64,000 nt of DNA from an uncultured Planctomycetota bacterium (GCA_963719315.1 CAVRBU010000017.1:96001-160000); one strand, 5' to 3'; positions 9,384-19,575 are shown, counted from the first letter of the stretch. Translations and numbers: made by a program. Notes: a model not told the origin generated them from the letters alone.

Positions 9384-10580
9384 ATGACACAACCTTGGTC
9401 CAACACCCGGCGCTGGCTGGCGGCTTGCCTCGCGGCAACGAGCTTCGCCGCTGCGCCTTGCGTCGCCGCGGAACCGGGCAGTAGCAATTCGCTGCCCGTG
9501 CGGGGCGAGACAGTGACCGGTGATGCACCGGCCGCCTACCGGCTGCCTCTCATCGGCCTGTGCGATCCGGCCGACGAAGCCCGCATTACGGGCAACGCGG
9601 TTGCTGCCGATACGTACAGGGTCGCAGCTAAGCCGCAAGCGGCGAACGCCACGATTGCAACTGCGCCGGCCGTTTCCACAGCGGCTTCCGCCGCCACGCT
9701 CCCCTTTCCCTCGAATACGGCCGGTTTGACCGCCCAGCTTCTGCCGGCCGTGCAGCGCGGTTACAACCTCGCGCAGCGCGGCGCGTTCTTCGCCGCCCGC
9801 ATGGAGTTCATCCAAGTTTTGCGTCGCGTGGCCCAGGCCAAAGACGCGGCCGCCGGCACCAATGAGTTTTCGGCCGCTCTTGCCGCCGGTCTGCGAGCGA
9901 TGGATGAGGCCGACGACTTCGTCCCACGGGGCACGCAGCTCGAAGGCGAGCTCGATGTCCGCGCCGTCGCTTCATCGCACCGCACGCCCGTGTTGCGCGA
10001 ACACCACGAGACCGTCTTGCCGCACGAAGCGGTCGCGCTCTATCACAAGTTCGCGCAGGAACGGCTGGCCCGCGCCGCCGTGGACGAACAAGCCGGCTCG
10101 ATGGCCCTGTACGGCATCGGCAACGTGTACGCCCGCCTCGCAGAGCGACGCGATGACGATGTGCAGTGCACGCGCGGCGCGATGACCATGTACTGTGCCG
10201 CGCTCGATTCATGCCCGAACAACAATCTGGCCGCCAACGAACTCGGCGTGCTGCTGTGCCGCACCGGTCATCCGGCCGAGGCCATCGACAACTTCAAGTG
10301 GGCCATCGACGTGGCCCCCAGCGCGACCGCGTACCATAACCTGGCCGTCGCGCAGCAGAAGCTGAACATGCCGGCCGCCTCGGCGGCCAACGAGCAAGAA
10401 TCCGAGCGGCTCGCCGCCTGGGAGCGGGCAACCGGCTCCATCTCGCGGCGGGCCGGCGTTGACTGGGTAACGCCCGCCGAGTTGGCCCGCGTCTCGCAGC
10501 CCGCCCCGTTAACCTCCGCAACCGCTGAATCTGCCGTCTCCACACGACCCATCCCTCCGCCTCAGCACAAATGGCGTTAA
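9384..10580 (+). CDS. Exported tetratricopeptide-repeat protein
   Basis: AANELGVLL...AIDVAPSATAYHNLA TPR pattern; start uncertain (ORF opens at 9135). Confidence 0.8.
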   Translation: MTQPWSNTRRWLAACLAATSFAAAPCVAAEPGSSNSLPVRGETVTGDAPAAYRLPLIGLCDPADEARITGNAVAADTYRVAAKPQAANATIATAPAVSTAASAATLPFPSNTAGLTAQLLPAVQRGYNLAQRGAFFAARMEFIQVLRRVAQAKDAAAGTNEFSAALAAGLRAMDEADDFVPRGTQLEGELDVRAVASSHRTPVLREHHETVLPHEAVALYHKFAQERLARAAVDEQAGSMALYGIGNVYARLAERRDDDVQCTRGAMTMYCAALDSCPNNNLAANELGVLLCRTGHPAEAIDNFKWAIDVAPSATAYHNLAVAQQKLNMPAASAANEQESERLAAWERATGSISRRAGVDWVTPAELARVSQPAPLTSATAESAVSTRPIPPPQHKWR

Positions 10581-10631
10581 ACGATTCTGCTTCGCTCGAC
10601 GCAAACTGTCCTAACTCACCGCCCGCCGCCC

Positions 10632-11874
10632 ATGACGACAACTCGCTGCAACAAGAATCGGTGGTTTGCCGTCGTGGCAATGGGTGTAGCGGCGGGTGCG
10701 GTTTGCATCGGCGAACGCGCAGCGGCCCAACAGCCGTGCCAATCCTGTCAACTATCCCAACCATGCCGGCCGATCAATTTCGCAGCTCCGTATCCGATTT
10801 GGGGCGTTGATAGCGCGGCCGGCTGCGGCTGCGGCGAGGTCGGCTGGGACGCCCGCGGCATGATCCCCTGGCAAGAGTTCGCGCAGGGTGAATACGTCGG
10901 CCACGCCCGCACGCCCCAAGTGCCCGAGTATCGCATCCGCGAGAGCGATGTCGTCGCCGTCTACTACCGCCGCACACGCGAAGAAATCTCGCGCCCGTAC
11001 GAGATCCAAGTCGGCGATCGCCTCCGCGTCGAGTCCCTCACCTCCGGTCGCAGCACGACAAGCACCTCCGCCGGCGCCGACGCCCAACAGGCCGACGACA
11101 ACCTTACGCGGGATCTCGTCGTGCAGCCCGATGGCACGATCACGCTCCCTTTGCTCGGCCAGGTGCGTGCCACGCGACTGACGATCACCGAGCTCCGCGA
11201 CGAACTCGAAGAACAGTACAAAAAATATTTCCGCGTGCCGTCGATCACCGTCACGCCTATTTCCGTGAACACCCGGCTGGAAGACCTGTTGAACACGGTC
11301 GATAGCCGCGCCGGCACGCTCGGCGGCTTGCAGATTCAGGTCCCCGTCACACCGGCAGGCGAAGTCCAACTTCCCGGCGTCGGCAGTGTGTTCGTGCAAG
11401 AACTCACGCTCGACGAAGCCCGCCGAGAAATCGACGCCCGCTACGACGCGGCGATCCCCGGTGTACATGTTACGCTCGTTCTCTCGCAACGCGCGAAACG
11501 ATTCGTGTACGTGATCGGCGAAGTCGCCCAACCGGGCCGCTTCGAACTCGAAGCGCCGACGGAACGTCATCCAAGCGCTGAGTCTTGCCGGTGGCACGAA
11601 CATCGGCGCGAACACGCGGCAAGTCGTCGTCTTCCGCCGCGGCCCGGATTGGCGATTGATGGCCACAATGCTCGACCTCCGCGGCGCGCTCTATGCCCGC
11701 CGCCCGGTGCCCGCCGACGATATCTGGCTCAACGATTCAGATATCGTCCTGGTGCCCAAGACGCCGATCCAGCAAGTCGACGAAGTCATCGAGCAGTACA
11801 TTGTCCGGGGCGCGTACAGCCTTATCCCCCGCGAATTGATCTGGAACCTCAACACCACCGGCTCAACGCTGTAG
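10632..11874 (+). CDS. Polysaccharide biosynthesis/export (Wza-like) protein, one frameshift at ~11561
   Basis: VQPDGTITLPLLGQV and VYVIGEVAQPG; the SLBB repeat NVIQALSLAGG continues in another frame to TAG 11874. Confidence 0.85.
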
Positions 11875-11927
11875 GAAAGGTCATCACGTAGCGGGTTTCT
11901 CCGAAACTCGAATTCCCAGGGTGCGGC

Positions 11928-12029
11928 GTAGGGTGGCTGGGGTCGAGTCCGCCGCGGCGGACGAGCCCCCAGCTGGTCGCGATTTCACTGGCGCGCTGGG
12001 GGCTCATTGCGTTCGACCCCAGCCACCTA
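11928..12029 (+). repeat. REPIN-like nested hairpin, family C, copy 1
   Basis: gtagggtggctggggtcga...tcgaccccagccaccta; directly repeated at 12461-12560. Confidence 0.85.
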
Positions 12030-12422
12030 TTACGCTCCCGCCACTTTTTTCCGTCGCGCGGGCTTGCGAATCGCCTTCCACGCCCGTCGGGCGTGTGACC
12101 GATCCAGCCGCGCTAGTTGGCACGTCCGCAAGTCGAGAGTCTTCTGTTCGCCAGCCGCCGACTTCACCAATACAAATGGCACGCACACCGAGAGCACCTT
12201 CAGCGGCGTGCCTTCCAAGGGCGGCATGAACCGAATCCGCACCGGCTCCTCCAGAGGCAAGACCCACGAATCCGAACGCCACCAGAACGACGGCAACTCC
12301 GAAATCACAAATAGCGGCGTCACGAAATCGCCCCGCCGAATCTCTTCCGGCGCAAGCGCCTTCGCCAGCGTCGCCTCGGCAGCGGCTGCTCGTTTGCACT
12401 TGGTGTCGGGGGAGGTTGTCAT
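12030..12422 (-). CDS. Hypothetical protein (130 aa)
   Basis: ORF fills the space between the two family C repeats; protein-like sequence (LAPEEIRRGDFV...PLKVLSVCVPFVLV). Confidence 0.65.
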   Translation of the reverse strand: MTTSPDTKCKRAAAAEATLAKALAPEEIRRGDFVTPLFVISELPSFWWRSDSWVLPLEEPVRIRFMPPLEGTPLKVLSVCVPFVLVKSAAGEQKTLDLRTCQLARLDRSHARRAWKAIRKPARRKKVAGA

Positions 12423-12460
12423 ATAACGTAGACAAACGGTGATCGCCACAGGTTCACGCC

Positions 12461-12560
12461 AGGGTGGCTGGGGTCGAGTCCGCCGCGTCGGACGAGCCTC
12501 CAGTTCTTCGAGATTTCACCGGCGCGCTGGAGGCTTACTTCGTTCGACCCCAGCCACCCT
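12461..12560 (+). repeat. REPIN-like nested hairpin, family C, copy 2
   Basis: agggtggctggggtcga...tcgaccccagccaccct. Confidence 0.85.
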
Positions 12561-12597
12561 GCGCATATTGCGTCTCGGAGTGACGCGTCCACGTGCC

Positions 12598-12780
12598 ATG
12601 AATGACGAAGCCACTTACATCTGCGGCGCTTGCGGCGAAGAAATCGTCGTCCCGATCGACATCACCCAAGGCGAGCGCCAGGAGTACGTTGAAGACTGCC
12701 CCGTCTGCTGTCGCGCCAACGTGATTCATGTCGAAATCGACGATGACGGCGAAGCGACCATCTGGTCCGAACTCGAGTAG
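12598..12780 (+). CDS. CPXCG-motif cysteine-rich (zinc-ribbon) protein
   Basis: YICGACGEEI...QEYVEDCPVCCRAN. Confidence 0.88.
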   Translation: MNDEATYICGACGEEIVVPIDITQGERQEYVEDCPVCCRANVIHVEIDDDGEATIWSELE

Positions 12781-12837
12781 GGGTGGGCACCGCCGACCAA
12801 CGATTTGGCACAAAATAGTGGGCGGTGTCTACCCTGC
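12777..12837 (+). repeat. REP-like doublet hairpin overlapping the stop codon
   Basis: gtaggggtgggcaccgcc...ggcggtgtctaccctgc. Confidence 0.6.
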
Positions 12838-12968
12838 AATTACAACTCGGCGTCCCGCGGTGTGTGCTTGCTACGAACATCTACCCAAACCGCCGCCGTT
12901 TCCGCTAAGCTCGATACTCCGCCCACACATCTCCCTCCGAAACCTGCCTCCTGTTCCCTCCCACCCGC

Positions 12969-14255
12969 ATGCCCCAGCCCGATTCTGTAGATCCGATCGC
13001 CTCGCTTCGGCATCGCGGCTTTCTCATTTACCTTCTTGGAGGTTTGATTTCCAACGCGGGCAGTCAGATGCGGATTGTCGCCGTGCAGTGGGAATTTACG
13101 ATCCGCGAATCCGATCCGCGGAAGTTGGCGCTTTTCCTCGGTTACGTTGGCCTAACGCTGGTGTTGCCAGTCATCTTATTCGCTTTGCCAGCCGGGGCGG
13201 CGGCCGATCGGTTTTCGCGGCGTTGGCTGGTCCTCATCGCTCAGGTTGGGCTCGCGATCTGCGGCGTCGGGCTGGCGTGGGCGTCGTGGGTCGAGGCGCC
13301 GATTATTCTGATCTATCTTCTGTTATTCGGAACGGGGACGTTTCGCGCTTTGGGCTGGCCTGCGTCGGCAGCGATCGTCCCGGGTCTGGTACCGGCCAGG
13401 GCGTTTTCCAATGCCGCGACCTGGCGAAGCAACGCCTACCAGTTGGCCTCGACGCTCGGGCCGTTGGCGGGCGGGTTGCTCCTCGCATGGTGGAGCCCGG
13501 TGACCGTGTTTTTGATCGATGCCGCGTCGAGTCTGATCTTGGCAGCCTGCATGTTGTTCGTCCGGCCGCGTGCGCAGGAGCGCGTCGTGGAGCCGAGATC
13601 GTGGCGGGCCCTGGTACAGGGCATTCATTTCCTCCGCCGCCAGCCCATCATTCTTTCCACGATGACACTCGACATGGTGGCCGTGTTGTTCGGCGGCGTC
13701 GTCGCCCTGCTGCCGATTTTCGCGACGCAGTTTTTCCACGATCGTGAACAGGCGGCGGTCGCTTTGGGTTGGATGCGGGCGATGCCGGCGCTGGGCTCGA
13801 TTGTCATGGGATTCATTATCGCCTTGCGTCCGCCGATCAAGCGCGGCGGGCGGGCGATTCTGATCACCGTCGTGGTCTTCGGCCTGGCGACGATTGTGTT
13901 CGGCATTTCAACGTCTTTTGCGTTGTCGCTCTCAGCTCTGTTCATCTTGGGCGCGGCCGACAATATCAGCGTCGTGATCCGCCAGACCGTACTCCAGTTA
14001 ATGACGCCCGACTCGATGCGCGGGCGCGTGACGGCCGTAAGCGTAATCTTCATCGGTTCGAGCAACGAGTTGGGCGAGTTCGAATCGGGCGTAACCGCCA
14101 GCTTGCTGGGCCTGGTACCTTCGGTTGTCTTCGGCGGCGTGATGACGCTCGTCACCGTCGTCGTCGTTGCCGCTATCTGGCCCGAACTAGTCCACCTCGG
14201 CAGCCTCGAGCACTTGCAACCACCGGAACCCAGCGAAGCCGAAGTCGTGGCGTAA
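12969..14255 (+). CDS. MFS transporter (EntS/H+ antiporter-like)
   Basis: AGAAADRFSRR motif A, TPDSMRGRV, SNELGEFESG; about 12 TM helices. Confidence 0.92.
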   Translation: MPQPDSVDPIASLRHRGFLIYLLGGLISNAGSQMRIVAVQWEFTIRESDPRKLALFLGYVGLTLVLPVILFALPAGAAADRFSRRWLVLIAQVGLAICGVGLAWASWVEAPIILIYLLLFGTGTFRALGWPASAAIVPGLVPARAFSNAATWRSNAYQLASTLGPLAGGLLLAWWSPVTVFLIDAASSLILAACMLFVRPRAQERVVEPRSWRALVQGIHFLRRQPIILSTMTLDMVAVLFGGVVALLPIFATQFFHDREQAAVALGWMRAMPALGSIVMGFIIALRPPIKRGGRAILITVVVFGLATIVFGISTSFALSLSALFILGAADNISVVIRQTVLQLMTPDSMRGRVTAVSVIFIGSSNELGEFESGVTASLLGLVPSVVFGGVMTLVTVVVVAAIWPELVHLGSLEHLQPPEPSEAEVVA

Positions 14256-14294
14256 CTCGCGCCCTTCCACTCCCCCAGTTGCACCCAGCGGCAT

Positions 14295-14399
14295 CCGCAA
14301 GGCATCTTCCTCGACTTGCGTAAAAGTCCGCCCCGTATCAATGGCCACCTTCTTGGCCTCGGCCAGCAGCTTTACATCCAGTCGTATGGTGGTTCTCAT
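14295..14399 (-). pseudogene. Truncated ribbon-helix-helix (VapB-like) antitoxin remnant
   Basis: MRTTIRLDVKLLAEAKKVA...GRTFTQVEEDALR; the ORF then runs into the 3' end of the MFS gene; no toxin gene follows. Confidence 0.65.
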
Positions 14400-14406
14400 G
14401 CATCAA

Positions 14407-14436
14407 AGCATATTTTATAGACCTCAATATGTTCAA
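14407..14436 (-). promoter_or_regulatory. Putative sigma70 promoter TTGAAC-N18-TATGCT
   Basis: -10 box lies 7 nt before the antitoxin ATG (probably leaderless); -35 starts 15 nt from the MITE end. Confidence 0.5.
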
Positions 14437-14451
14437 CTGATCCCAGCTGCT

Positions 14452-14570
14452 GGTGGTGTCCTAATTTGCGGCACAACAACCTTGTAGCACGGACCAGTCC
14501 GTGATCTCGCACGGACTGAAGTACGTGCTACAAGGATCCGATCCGAACGGCGCCAAATTAGGACACCACC
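14452..14570 (+). mobile_element. MITE family B, copy 1 (119 bp)
   Basis: TIR GGTGGTGTCCTAATTTG/CAAATTAGGACACCACC; 8-bp TSD CAGCTGCT (14444-14451, 14571-14578); internal REP doublet. Confidence 0.92.
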
Positions 14571-14704
14571 CAGCTGCTCCGGCCTCGTCGCTCTGAAAGC
14601 GACGGCAGGGATGGGGATTCCAACAATAGCAAGGCCGCTGAATTGCACTTCACACCGAATGTTCGTCAGGAAACGTTTTCCCACTTCATACTTTACTCAA
14701 AGTG

Positions 14705-14833
14705 AAACCCGCCAAGCACGGCAAGGAATACAGAGAGAAATCAACCTGGCATGCAGTGTATCTGCGAGAGGCCGTACCGGCAGACTCTCGCATTTTAATC
14801 GCAATAAGCGAGGACTTGGCGTGCTTGGCGGTT
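14705..14833. repeat. Inverted-repeat element ccgccaagcacggcaag...cttggcgtgcttggcgg with a nested hairpin
   Basis: Arms at ~14705-14726 and 14815-14833; inner tgcgagag/ctctcgca stem at 14763-14792. Confidence 0.6.
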
Positions 14834-14851
14834 CGTCTTTTCAGTTTGAGC

Positions 14852-15454
14852 TCAATAGATTCGAAATAGCGTCGGCAGCAGCCCGCTCTCGTGTGAGAAT
14901 TCGAGCAATTCCACAACGCCGATCAGCAACAGTAGAAAGGCAATGCCGAAGAACCCCCGCTTCATGATACGCGGAGAAACGCTGATATCCTCTGGCTCGG
15001 AATAGAATCGAAACGAGGGAAAGAATCGTGGAATCGTTGCCAGGTAAGACAGGTAGTCGCCTCCAAATTTTTGCGACAGGTGTGCTTCCTCGCGCTTGAT
15101 TTGAAAATGATAGAGCGCCAGCAGCGCGACTCCGACGACGGCCGGCGCGGTAAATGTCTCCGTGCAGAACCCCACGCCCAAGCCGATCATCCAACTGAAT
15201 AAGTAGAGTGGGTTTCGGCAAATCGAATAGGGACCGCTTGTGACCAACTGGGCGGACTTATGACCGGAAATATATGATGTTGCCCAGGCGCGCCCGGCCG
15301 CCCCGAAACCAGCGAATGCCATTCCGACGAAAAACAAAGACTCCTCGACAGCCGGCTGACGGATGGACCAGATGGTTGTTCCACACGCAAATATCGAAAT
15401 TGCAATCACAGAAAAAAGTCTTGTCAGTTGCAGCCGAGTTCGGGTTTGCGACAT
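14852..15454 (-). CDS. Isoprenylcysteine carboxylmethyltransferase/PEMT family membrane methyltransferase
   Basis: LVTSGPYSICRNPLY, REEAHLSQKFGGDY...PRFFP. Confidence 0.9.
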   Translation of the reverse strand: MSQTRTRLQLTRLFSVIAISIFACGTTIWSIRQPAVEESLFFVGMAFAGFGAAGRAWATSYISGHKSAQLVTSGPYSICRNPLYLFSWMIGLGVGFCTETFTAPAVVGVALLALYHFQIKREEAHLSQKFGGDYLSYLATIPRFFPSFRFYSEPEDISVSPRIMKRGFFGIAFLLLLIGVVELLEFSHESGLLPTLFRIY

Positions 15455-16094
15455 GTTGCGACCTTCGTGAGAATGGGCTTAGCTGAACTTCCAGAGTTGG
15501 CATGGCCGCGCGCGGATTTTTCGAAATCCTCGCCGGGATAGATCTAGGCGCTCGTCAGCCGGATTGGATCACCCAGGTAGACTGCGGATTAGGATGGAAG
15601 CTAGCTTAGCGCTAAAGCTTCATTGCGAACCGCCTGCCGCGGCTCTAGCGGCCTGGAAAAGGCTGAGGCTAATGCTAGCGCAACGTCCCACAAGTGTGAG
15701 TAACGCGTAGTCACATTCGGCAGTTAGGGCCGCTGACTTGAGCGGCACGGTCGACTGCTCAACCCCTGTGAAGCCACTCCTGGGATGCGCAAGCATCAAA
15801 AATGGCCCGAATTCGTTGATTCGAGTCGCTGCGGCAAACTTGCCCGGATCGGGGAAATCCTGAGCTATTAAGGCGGGACGGCAGGCAGGCAGGCATCAAT
15901 GGCTGGGGGTGCGGATATGCTAGAAAAACTGTCGTAGTTACAATAATTTGTTGAATCTTAGCCGAGTGCTTGAGTAAACTTATCGAGAGGGCCACAATTT
16001 GTTGCGACAGTGCTGAAAACTCGAGTTGAACCGCCGGCGGCAGTAATTTTCGTGGTCGTTCGGGCAAATCAGAAATTCATTTGGGACAGCGGTG

Positions 16095-17204
16095 ATGAAA
16101 AGATTCAGTCGATTGCCATCCTTCGAAGTGCTGGAAGAAAAGCGGTTGAAGGCCGCGGATTTGGCGTGCTCGATCGCGCACGGCCCCGGGTTTGTAGAAG
16201 CGGTTGAAGCTTCGCCGAGTTGCCCTCCAACGAGCAGTCCGCTAATCGCGAGTTCTCTTCAGCAATCGAAATCATTAACCGCAAGTGCTGCGTCAGAATC
16301 CACGGAGGACGAATCCAACTCCGAAGAGCAGGGCAGTGAAACCGACGGCTCGGACGACAACGAGACCGACGGCTCAGACGACAGTGAGGGTGACGACACA
16401 GACGATAACGAGACCGACGGGTCGGATGACAATGAAACAGACAACTCGGACGATAACGAATCCGATGACTCCGATGACAGCGACTCCGATGACAGCGACT
16501 CCGATGACAGCGACTCCGACGACAACGACTCCAGCGATCAGGAGATGGAATTCTCGGCCACGTTGACGGGAACTGGCGATGGGACGGCCAGCGTAGAGAC
16601 AGATACGGAGCACGCTTCGACGAAGACGGACTTTGTAGTCAAGGTTTCTGGAGCCCCCGCCAGCCAAACTTTTCAAGTGACGGTCGATTCCACCGTGGTG
16701 GGTAACCTTACCACCGACACCCAGGGTGCTGGGAAACTGAAGCTTTCGAGTGACCCGGATGACGATGAGCAAGCGCTGCCGGCTGATTTTCCCACGGTGT
16801 CGGACGGCACGACGGTGAGTGTGGGCCTGGCTGGCCAAACGCCTATTCTAACGGGAACATTCGCGGCGGATTCAGAAGCTTCGGACTTGAAACAGCTCGA
16901 AAGTTCGGGCTTGAGTAGCGGACAACTGTCATTACCGAATGATTTTCAAACGGGCGGTTCGGGTGCGTCGTCTAACTCTGCCGCCCTTAAGTCTTCGGCT
17001 ACCAGCTTGCCGTCCCAACGATCGGCGGACGATAGCGCCCTTGACCCGAATCTGGTCGATTTGGTGTATGCCACTGCCGATAATCCGCACAATTCCGAAG
17101 ATCAATCCGCACTTTTGGAAAGCAGCACAAAGGGCCCGGCAGACGAATCCGCGGATTCGGTTTTTGAGCGTCTCTCAAGCAACCCGCTTACCTGGACCAA
17201 TTAA
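16095..17204 (+). CDS. Planctomycete extracellular protein with an Asp/Ser-rich repeat
   Basis: N-terminal FEVLEEKRLKAAD (LExR-xLL-like planctomycete export motif), acidic tandem repeats, beta-rich central domain. Confidence 0.75.
   Translation: MKRFSRLPSFEVLEEKRLKAADLACSIAHGPGFVEAVEASPSCPPTSSPLIASSLQQSKSLTASAASESTEDESNSEEQGSETDGSDDNETDGSDDSEGDDTDDNETDGSDDNETDNSDDNESDDSDDSDSDDSDSDDSDSDDNDSSDQEMEFSATLTGTGDGTASVETDTEHASTKTDFVVKVSGAPASQTFQVTVDSTVVGNLTTDTQGAGKLKLSSDPDDDEQALPADFPTVSDGTTVSVGLAGQTPILTGTFAADSEASDLKQLESSGLSSGQLSLPNDFQTGGSGASSNSAALKSSATSLPSQRSADDSALDPNLVDLVYATADNPHNSEDQSALLESSTKGPADESADSVFERLSSNPLTWTN
16338..16535 (+). repeat. Coding tandem repeats (24-bp ETDGSDDN and 15-bp DSDDS units)
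   Basis: gactccgatgacagc repeated in tandem; gagaccgacggctcggacgacaac-like units. Confidence 0.9.
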
Positions 17205-17240
17205 GCCCGACAGCGGCGTCGAAACACGAAGCGATTTCAC

Positions 17241-17285
17241 AAAAAAACAGCCCCCCGGTCTCGGAACCGGGAGGGCTGTTTGGTT
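17241..17285. terminator. Bidirectional rho-independent terminator
   Basis: A-tract, acagccccccggt/accgggagggctgt stem, T-rich tail; between convergent genes. Confidence 0.8.
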
Positions 17286-17317
17286 AGCACAGGAATTTAG
17301 GACGGTCAAACCGCGAA

Positions 17318-18280
17318 TCAATAAGCGGCTGGATTAACTAAAGCCCGACGTAGTTGTTGGTTGGCGTTACGGGCAGTGTTCTGGCGAAGGTAAGCAGGTG
17401 TGCCGGCTCCTTCGCCGGGCTCCATCATGTTTTCTTCGTCGCCGCCGCCTTCGCCACCGCCTTCTTCGTGGGCCGGGTTCTCTTCGTCGGCTGCAGCTCC
17501 AAGGAGGATTTGGATACCTAGCAAACAGAAGAAGTCGGGCACGCCGTCGCGGCTGGAGCGGAAGCTGCGCCCGGCCGAGCCGAGCAGAACGAGGTTCTTA
17601 TTGAGCGGGTACGCAAAACCAAGATTGAAGAACGGAACATCCGGATCTAGAGAATTTCTGTGGTCAAATACAAAGGCGCCAACTTCCCCTTGCAGTTCCA
17701 GGCCACTTTCGTATTCGTAACCTGTAGCGAGGCCAAACTTCCAGAAATTCGAATCGTTGTCGCCGAACACAATATTGTAACCGATTTCCGGATTGATCCA
17801 CGCATTGTCGTCGCAGAAGGCTTTCTGAAACTCAAAGGGCAAAAACAGTTCGGTCTGACCACTGCCCAGGTCGCGGCTTTCGTCACCGGTCGGGCTGGCG
17901 ACCTGCGGGTAAAATGAGACGGCCCAGCCAATGCCTTCATCTTCATCCAGGAAACGGTACTTGTATCCGACCAAGAGATCGCTGATGCCCCACTCGGCGT
18001 CGGCGCCTTCGGGATCGTTTTGCAGGACGGCGAATTCGACTTTCAACTGATCTCTATCACTGAACAGGCCGTAATTGAGGTCGAACAGCGGGGCCTCCAA
18101 CTCGTGCCCGTCGCGGGTGTGCTCGTAGGCGGAGGTGATATTGATTTCCCAGCCGTGATAGCCGGGTGTTTCCGGGTCGTCGGTAATCAAGGGGGGCGAA
18201 CCGGCGAAGGCCTGGCCGCAGCCGATTGTGAAAGCCATGAGCAGGCTAGCTCTCACGAGAACGCTAATCCGTGCGTACAT
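17318..18280 (-). CDS. Putative outer-membrane beta-barrel ('transporter' family)
   Basis: Signal peptide, PPLITDDPET motif, WGISDLLVGYKYRF, amphipathic strands. Confidence 0.75.
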   Translation of the reverse strand: MYARISVLVRASLLMAFTIGCGQAFAGSPPLITDDPETPGYHGWEINITSAYEHTRDGHELEAPLFDLNYGLFSDRDQLKVEFAVLQNDPEGADAEWGISDLLVGYKYRFLDEDEGIGWAVSFYPQVASPTGDESRDLGSGQTELFLPFEFQKAFCDDNAWINPEIGYNIVFGDNDSNFWKFGLATGYEYESGLELQGEVGAFVFDHRNSLDPDVPFFNLGFAYPLNKNLVLLGSAGRSFRSSRDGVPDFFCLLGIQILLGAAADEENPAHEEGGGEGGGDEENMMEPGEGAGTPAYLRQNTARNANQQLRRALVNPAAY

Positions 18281-18558
18281 CGCAAAGTCTCCGTAATATG
18301 CGCAGTCGAGGCGTTGATAGACGTAATGTCTGTCCTATCCTTCTTCGTCCGCGGATCGACAAGCTATCAACCCCCGCTTGGTTGAAAGCCGAAGTACTAT
18401 GAAATCCGTAGATAAGTGATGCGGTCGGTAGGAGTTCGACTACTTATGCACTGCGGAACGGGCGCCTGGCGCAGCGCTTCCGCACGCTAACGAGGGGACG
18501 ACGCTGCGGTCCCGCAGACTTGACGAATGGGGCAGGAAAAACCGGCGCGATTGCGCTT

Positions 18559-19575
18559 CTATTTTCCCGCGCCGAGAATGAGGACGCCAAACTGGGCCGG
18601 ACGACCGCCATGAGCGGGAATGGTCGCCGGAATGTAGAACCGGCTCGTGGACGGATCGTCGGTGATCGTGGCGCCCGACTTTGCGGTCTTGAGAGTTTGT
18701 ACGGCCTCGAACTTGCCGGGCGATGTTTCTCGAACGATCGTTGCCGTGCCATCCTCGCCATTGGAACTCACGGCGACGTTCAGTTTGGGGTCGAACGCAC
18801 AGCCGTCGGCGCCCTTTCCGATTGGAACCGTCGCCAACAGCTTACCGTTTCCGTAATCGACGACCGCCATTTTTTCATTCTCGCCGACCGAATACAGGCG
18901 ATGGCGTGCAAGATCGATAGCCAGGCCGCTGGGAGTCTCGAGGGGCGCGAGGGGCCAGTGGTCAACTAGCTTCATCGCTTTGGTATCGATGACTTCGATT
19001 TCACTTTTGTCTTCGTTGTTGACGAAGATTTTGCCGGCGCCGTCGGATCGCCCATATTCCAGCGCACCGCCGACGTGGATCGGGAAGGGCGGGGCGTCGA
19101 GATTTGCCGGATCGATCGCCACCGCATCGCCGCCTTCACAGAGCGCGAACACCTTTCTGCTGGCCGGATCGTAAATAATCGGGTCGGGATTCGTGCCCCC
19201 TTCCTTGGGCATCGGGATCTTGCGAATAATTTTCAGGGTTTTGGTGTCGAAGACCGCGACGGCGTTTTCCTCGCCGCTCGTGATGAAGCCGATGTTCTTA
19301 TCGGGCACGAACGCGATGCCATGCGCATCTTTCAGCCCGCCGATTTGGCCAATTCGAGTTCCGCGCTTGGTATCCACCACCTGCACATGATCATTGCAGG
19401 CGATAAACAGGCGTTGAGCTTTCGGATCGAGAATTGGGTAGTCCCACTCGGTGGCGCCGCCGACTTGAAAGGTCTCGATGATTCTCAGTTTGGCCGCAGA
19501 CGATTGCGAACGGGCAGATGGGGCCGCAATCGAGAACGATGCAAATGCGACGAGCAGAGTCAGACAGCGTTTCAT
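18559..19575 (-). CDS. YncE-family beta-propeller protein, exported
   Basis: WDYPILDP...RLFIA, AHGIAFVP, NPDPIIYDP, PIGKGADGCAFDP repeats. Confidence 0.88.
   Translation of the reverse strand: MKRCLTLLVAFASFSIAAPSARSQSSAAKLRIIETFQVGGATEWDYPILDPKAQRLFIACNDHVQVVDTKRGTRIGQIGGLKDAHGIAFVPDKNIGFITSGEENAVAVFDTKTLKIIRKIPMPKEGGTNPDPIIYDPASRKVFALCEGGDAVAIDPANLDAPPFPIHVGGALEYGRSDGAGKIFVNNEDKSEIEVIDTKAMKLVDHWPLAPLETPSGLAIDLARHRLYSVGENEKMAVVDYGNGKLLATVPIGKGADGCAFDPKLNVAVSSNGEDGTATIVRETSPGKFEAVQTLKTAKSGATITDDPSTSRFYIPATIPAHGGRPAQFGVLILGAGK

Noticed and set aside
11928..12837. CRISPR array or integron attC cassettes
   Set aside because: No regular repeat-spacer period, no attC RYYYAAC/GTTRRRY ends, no cas or intI gene
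15455..16090. tRNA, ncRNA or small CDS in the long intergenic region
   Set aside because: No cloverleaf or conserved motif; the short ORFs lack protein-like features
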